Assembly (NCBI GenBank): GCA_001244265.2
Contig: CDLV01000005.1
Coordinates: 868,001 to 932,000, forward strand
Direction of reading: 5' to 3'
DNA from: Microbotryum violaceum
Lineage: Eukaryota
DNA length: 64,000 bases
Position numbers and translations under genes: made by a program. Numbering within the stretch: position 1 is the first letter of the stretch; each line of letters begins with the position of its first letter. This document shows positions 61,588 to 64,000 of this stretch, piece after piece. The notes beneath the pieces are model-generated. The model saw nothing but the letters and a program-made list of their open reading frames with translations. It searched no databases and was not told the origin of the DNA.

Positions 61588-63108
61588 ATCTTGCGCGTGA
61601 CACCAAACCCCATTCACCTCCACTGCATCAATCTCTACTCTCCGATTCCTCATTTCTGCCAGCCCCAAAAAATGTTCTCACCATAGATCCAAACGGACAC
61701 TACCTTCACGCTCCTTTCCTCCCGCGACAACAGCCGCCGAAAGCTCGGTGTCAATGCATCCTGTGAATCGTGCCTCAAAACTTGCTATGCTGTTGAAATG
61801 GAAATCATCTTATTTCCGGACATTGAGTTGGACATGATATATGTTGCTCTCGTGCTCGTGCAGCAGAAACAGGTGCCATCGATTTCGACTACATAGAAAC
61901 GACCCACGACCCCTCCCCCCCTCCCCCAAACCGGACGTTTGAGGAGCGAGGTAACGTCTGACTACTATACAGTGATGTTTGCTCCCTAGTTACTATACAA
62001 TAAATTTTCAAGGCCTTATTGAACCATTAGAGTCGGAATCCAGCCTCTCATTGCTTCTAACAGCTGTCCCGCGGTGCCAGAAAGATTTTGACCTCGGGCC
62101 GTGGGGGATGACAGCACTCAGTCCGATACCAAGCGAAGGTGGCAGGGCACGACGACATTGCGCCGGGATCGACCATTTTCTTTTTTTTAAAAAAACCTGA
62201 AAAATTTGACTAATAGTAGTGTAAATATATCAAAGCCTAGAAGAGTCGGAAAGGTCGCAGGATATGCATTCAGGCACATGTCTGGCCACTTTTTTGTCTG
62301 CATTCCTTCCGGATGTAATCGGCTTTTCCAAAAAATATTCAACTTTTGAAAGCAGACTGAAGCGTCATTGAAAGCTCCGGGCCAAAACATCTTTTGAGGA
62401 GGCAGCGGGAATTTCCCCAACTACTTATTAAATGATGGCGGCAGCACCGGTGCTCACTGGACACCGGTTTGAAAATGAGGGCCGTGCGTGGCCAGAGTTG
62501 ACCGCACGTGACGATTTCCCAAAGCGACTCCGTGACGTACTTTTGTAACCAGAAAAAGCCAACTGTCGGTGTGATTGTCTGCTTGCAAAATCCATCGACC
62601 ACGGTGAACAGACACGATGAGCCTGTGGATGCTGGACTCGCTATGATTGAATTCGCTGGCTCGGGAGTACCGCATCGATAATGCCAGGGCGAACCAATCG
62701 ACGATCATAAGTCCCTCCGAGTGGATCGCCGCGCTGGAGCCGCGCGCCGCATTGCGAGCGCTTTTCGGTGCTTTCTCCGGTCCGTTATGCCTCGCCGCTC
62801 ACCAGTTGGCTTGCTCCTCTCAGCGGGGAATCATTTCATCGGGCCGCCCGTCCAGAGGAAAAGCACTGGGAGATTCAACAGCCGAAAGTCTCCTCTTGGG
62901 TCGGACTTCATGCTTTCTCCTTCTTTTCCTTCTTTCGTCCCTTACCTCTGACTTACTCTTCGATCTCTTCTCGCGACGAAGCGTTCAGGTTCGACTCCCG
63001 GTTCGGCCTCTCACGCACGCGCCCGCACTTTGACCCCTCTCGCTCCCAGCTCGCTCTTCGCAACGACCCCCTTTCCCCTACCTCTCCCACACTACATTTG
63101 CTCCAACA

Positions 63109-64000
63109 ATGTCTGACAGTGGCTCTGTTACCGGCGTCAAAGCTGCTGGACCCGATGTCCCGAAGCGACAACAATACTTTGCCTTTGGTCTCGTTACCTC
63201 CCTCTTCTTCCTGTGGGTTTGCTTCGGTAGGGCTCGCTGTCAATGCCGAGCGAACAGCTCCTGACCGAGACGCGCTTCCGTCCTGGTCCGGTTCTCTACA
63301 GGTGGGGGTTCTCTTACGGTCTCCTCGATGTGTGAGTATGACCCAAAAGGCTCTTCCGGGTAGTTCTTATTTCGGAAAGCTGACCTTCAGATTGTATGTC
63401 ACTCCACGCAGCCTGAACAAGCATTTCCAGACAGTCTTCGGGATCACCAAGCTCCAGTCGACCATGATTCAGGTCGCCTACTTCGGTGCCTACGTTGTCT
63501 ACTCACCCATTTGCGGTCAATTTATCTCCAAGTTTGGCTACAAGAAAGGTATCTACATGGGTCTTGGGCTCTACTGCATCGGCGCGCTCGGTTTCTGGCC
63601 CTCGGCCAAGTTCCAGAAGTACGGTGGCTTCGTCGCGTCGGCTTTTATCATCGCGTGCGGTCTCGCCACACTCGAAGTCTGCGCCAACTCTTACGTCACC
63701 GTCCTCGGCTCGCCCGAACAAGCCGCTTTCCGTCTCAACTTCTCGCAATCTTTTAATGGTCTGGCGTCGTTCGTGGGCCCATTGATCGCGTCTAAGTTTT
63801 TCTTCGGCGACGAGAAGGCGCGGAACTCGCTCGGCGCCGTCCAGTGGGTGTACCTCGCTGTCGCCTGCATGGGTGCTTCCGTCATGGTCCTCTTCTCCTT
63901 CGCGACGCTTCCCGAGATATCTGAAAGTGACATGATCGAGCAGCAAGCCGCCGCCGGTTACATCGATGACCGACCACTCTACAAGCGCCGCCACACCGTC
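63109..64000 (+). CDS. MFS transporter, L-fucose permease (FucP)-like; 3' partial
   Basis: FGLVTSLFFL/WGFSYGLLD/xLNKHFQ, QVAYFGAY, KFGYKKGIYMGL, GLATLEVCANSYVTVLG and RLNFSQSFNGL. Confidence 0.9.

Noticed and set aside
62985-63010. tRNA T-arm/B-box-like GGTTCGACTCCCGG
   Set aside because: The upstream sequence is a pyrimidine tract with no D-arm or anticodon arm, so no cloverleaf can be built.
1-64000. CRISPR arrays, rRNA, prokaryotic systems, mating-type genes
   Set aside because: No repeat-spacer arrays, rRNA motifs, pheromone/receptor genes or homeodomain genes were seen. The DNA is spliceosomal-intron fungal sequence.

Overview
This is a gene-dense, intron-rich, GC-rich eukaryotic region. 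Short GT-AG introns with CTRAC/CTAAY branch sites and the gene content point to a basidiomycete yeast, most likely Pucciniomycotina/Microbotryomycetes (inference). About 21 spliced protein-coding genes were reconstructed by eye. In order they are: ATM1 (partial), a Hos1/HDAC8-like deacetylase, TOP3 with a long RGG/GRF/CCHC tail, a TOK-type K+ channel, an HMMR/RHAMM-like coiled-coil protein, a zf-4CXXC_R1 (CDCA7-like)-WHIM protein, a PPR-like mitochondrial protein, an RBM5/10-like protein, an orphan gene, CAR2, PBS2, ATG13, a glutaredoxin, an ataxin-3-like Josephin protein, a GNAT, an HSL-like lipase, a PTS1 thioesterase, dynein light chain roadblock, an E(z)-like SET protein, sphingolipid C9-methyltransferase and a FucP-like MFS transporter (partial). 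No rRNA, tRNA, CRISPR array or intact transposon was seen. The most notable observations are: an ataxin-3 homolog whose catalytic Cys is replaced by Trp (candidate pseudo-DUB/Cdc48 adaptor); a ~730-bp fold-back inverted repeat; a divergent E(z) with ND for NH and missing CXC cysteines; a full-architecture fungal HMMR; and a K+ channel with GFG/GHG filters. All family calls come from recalled motifs, not database searches, and exon boundaries are manual estimates.
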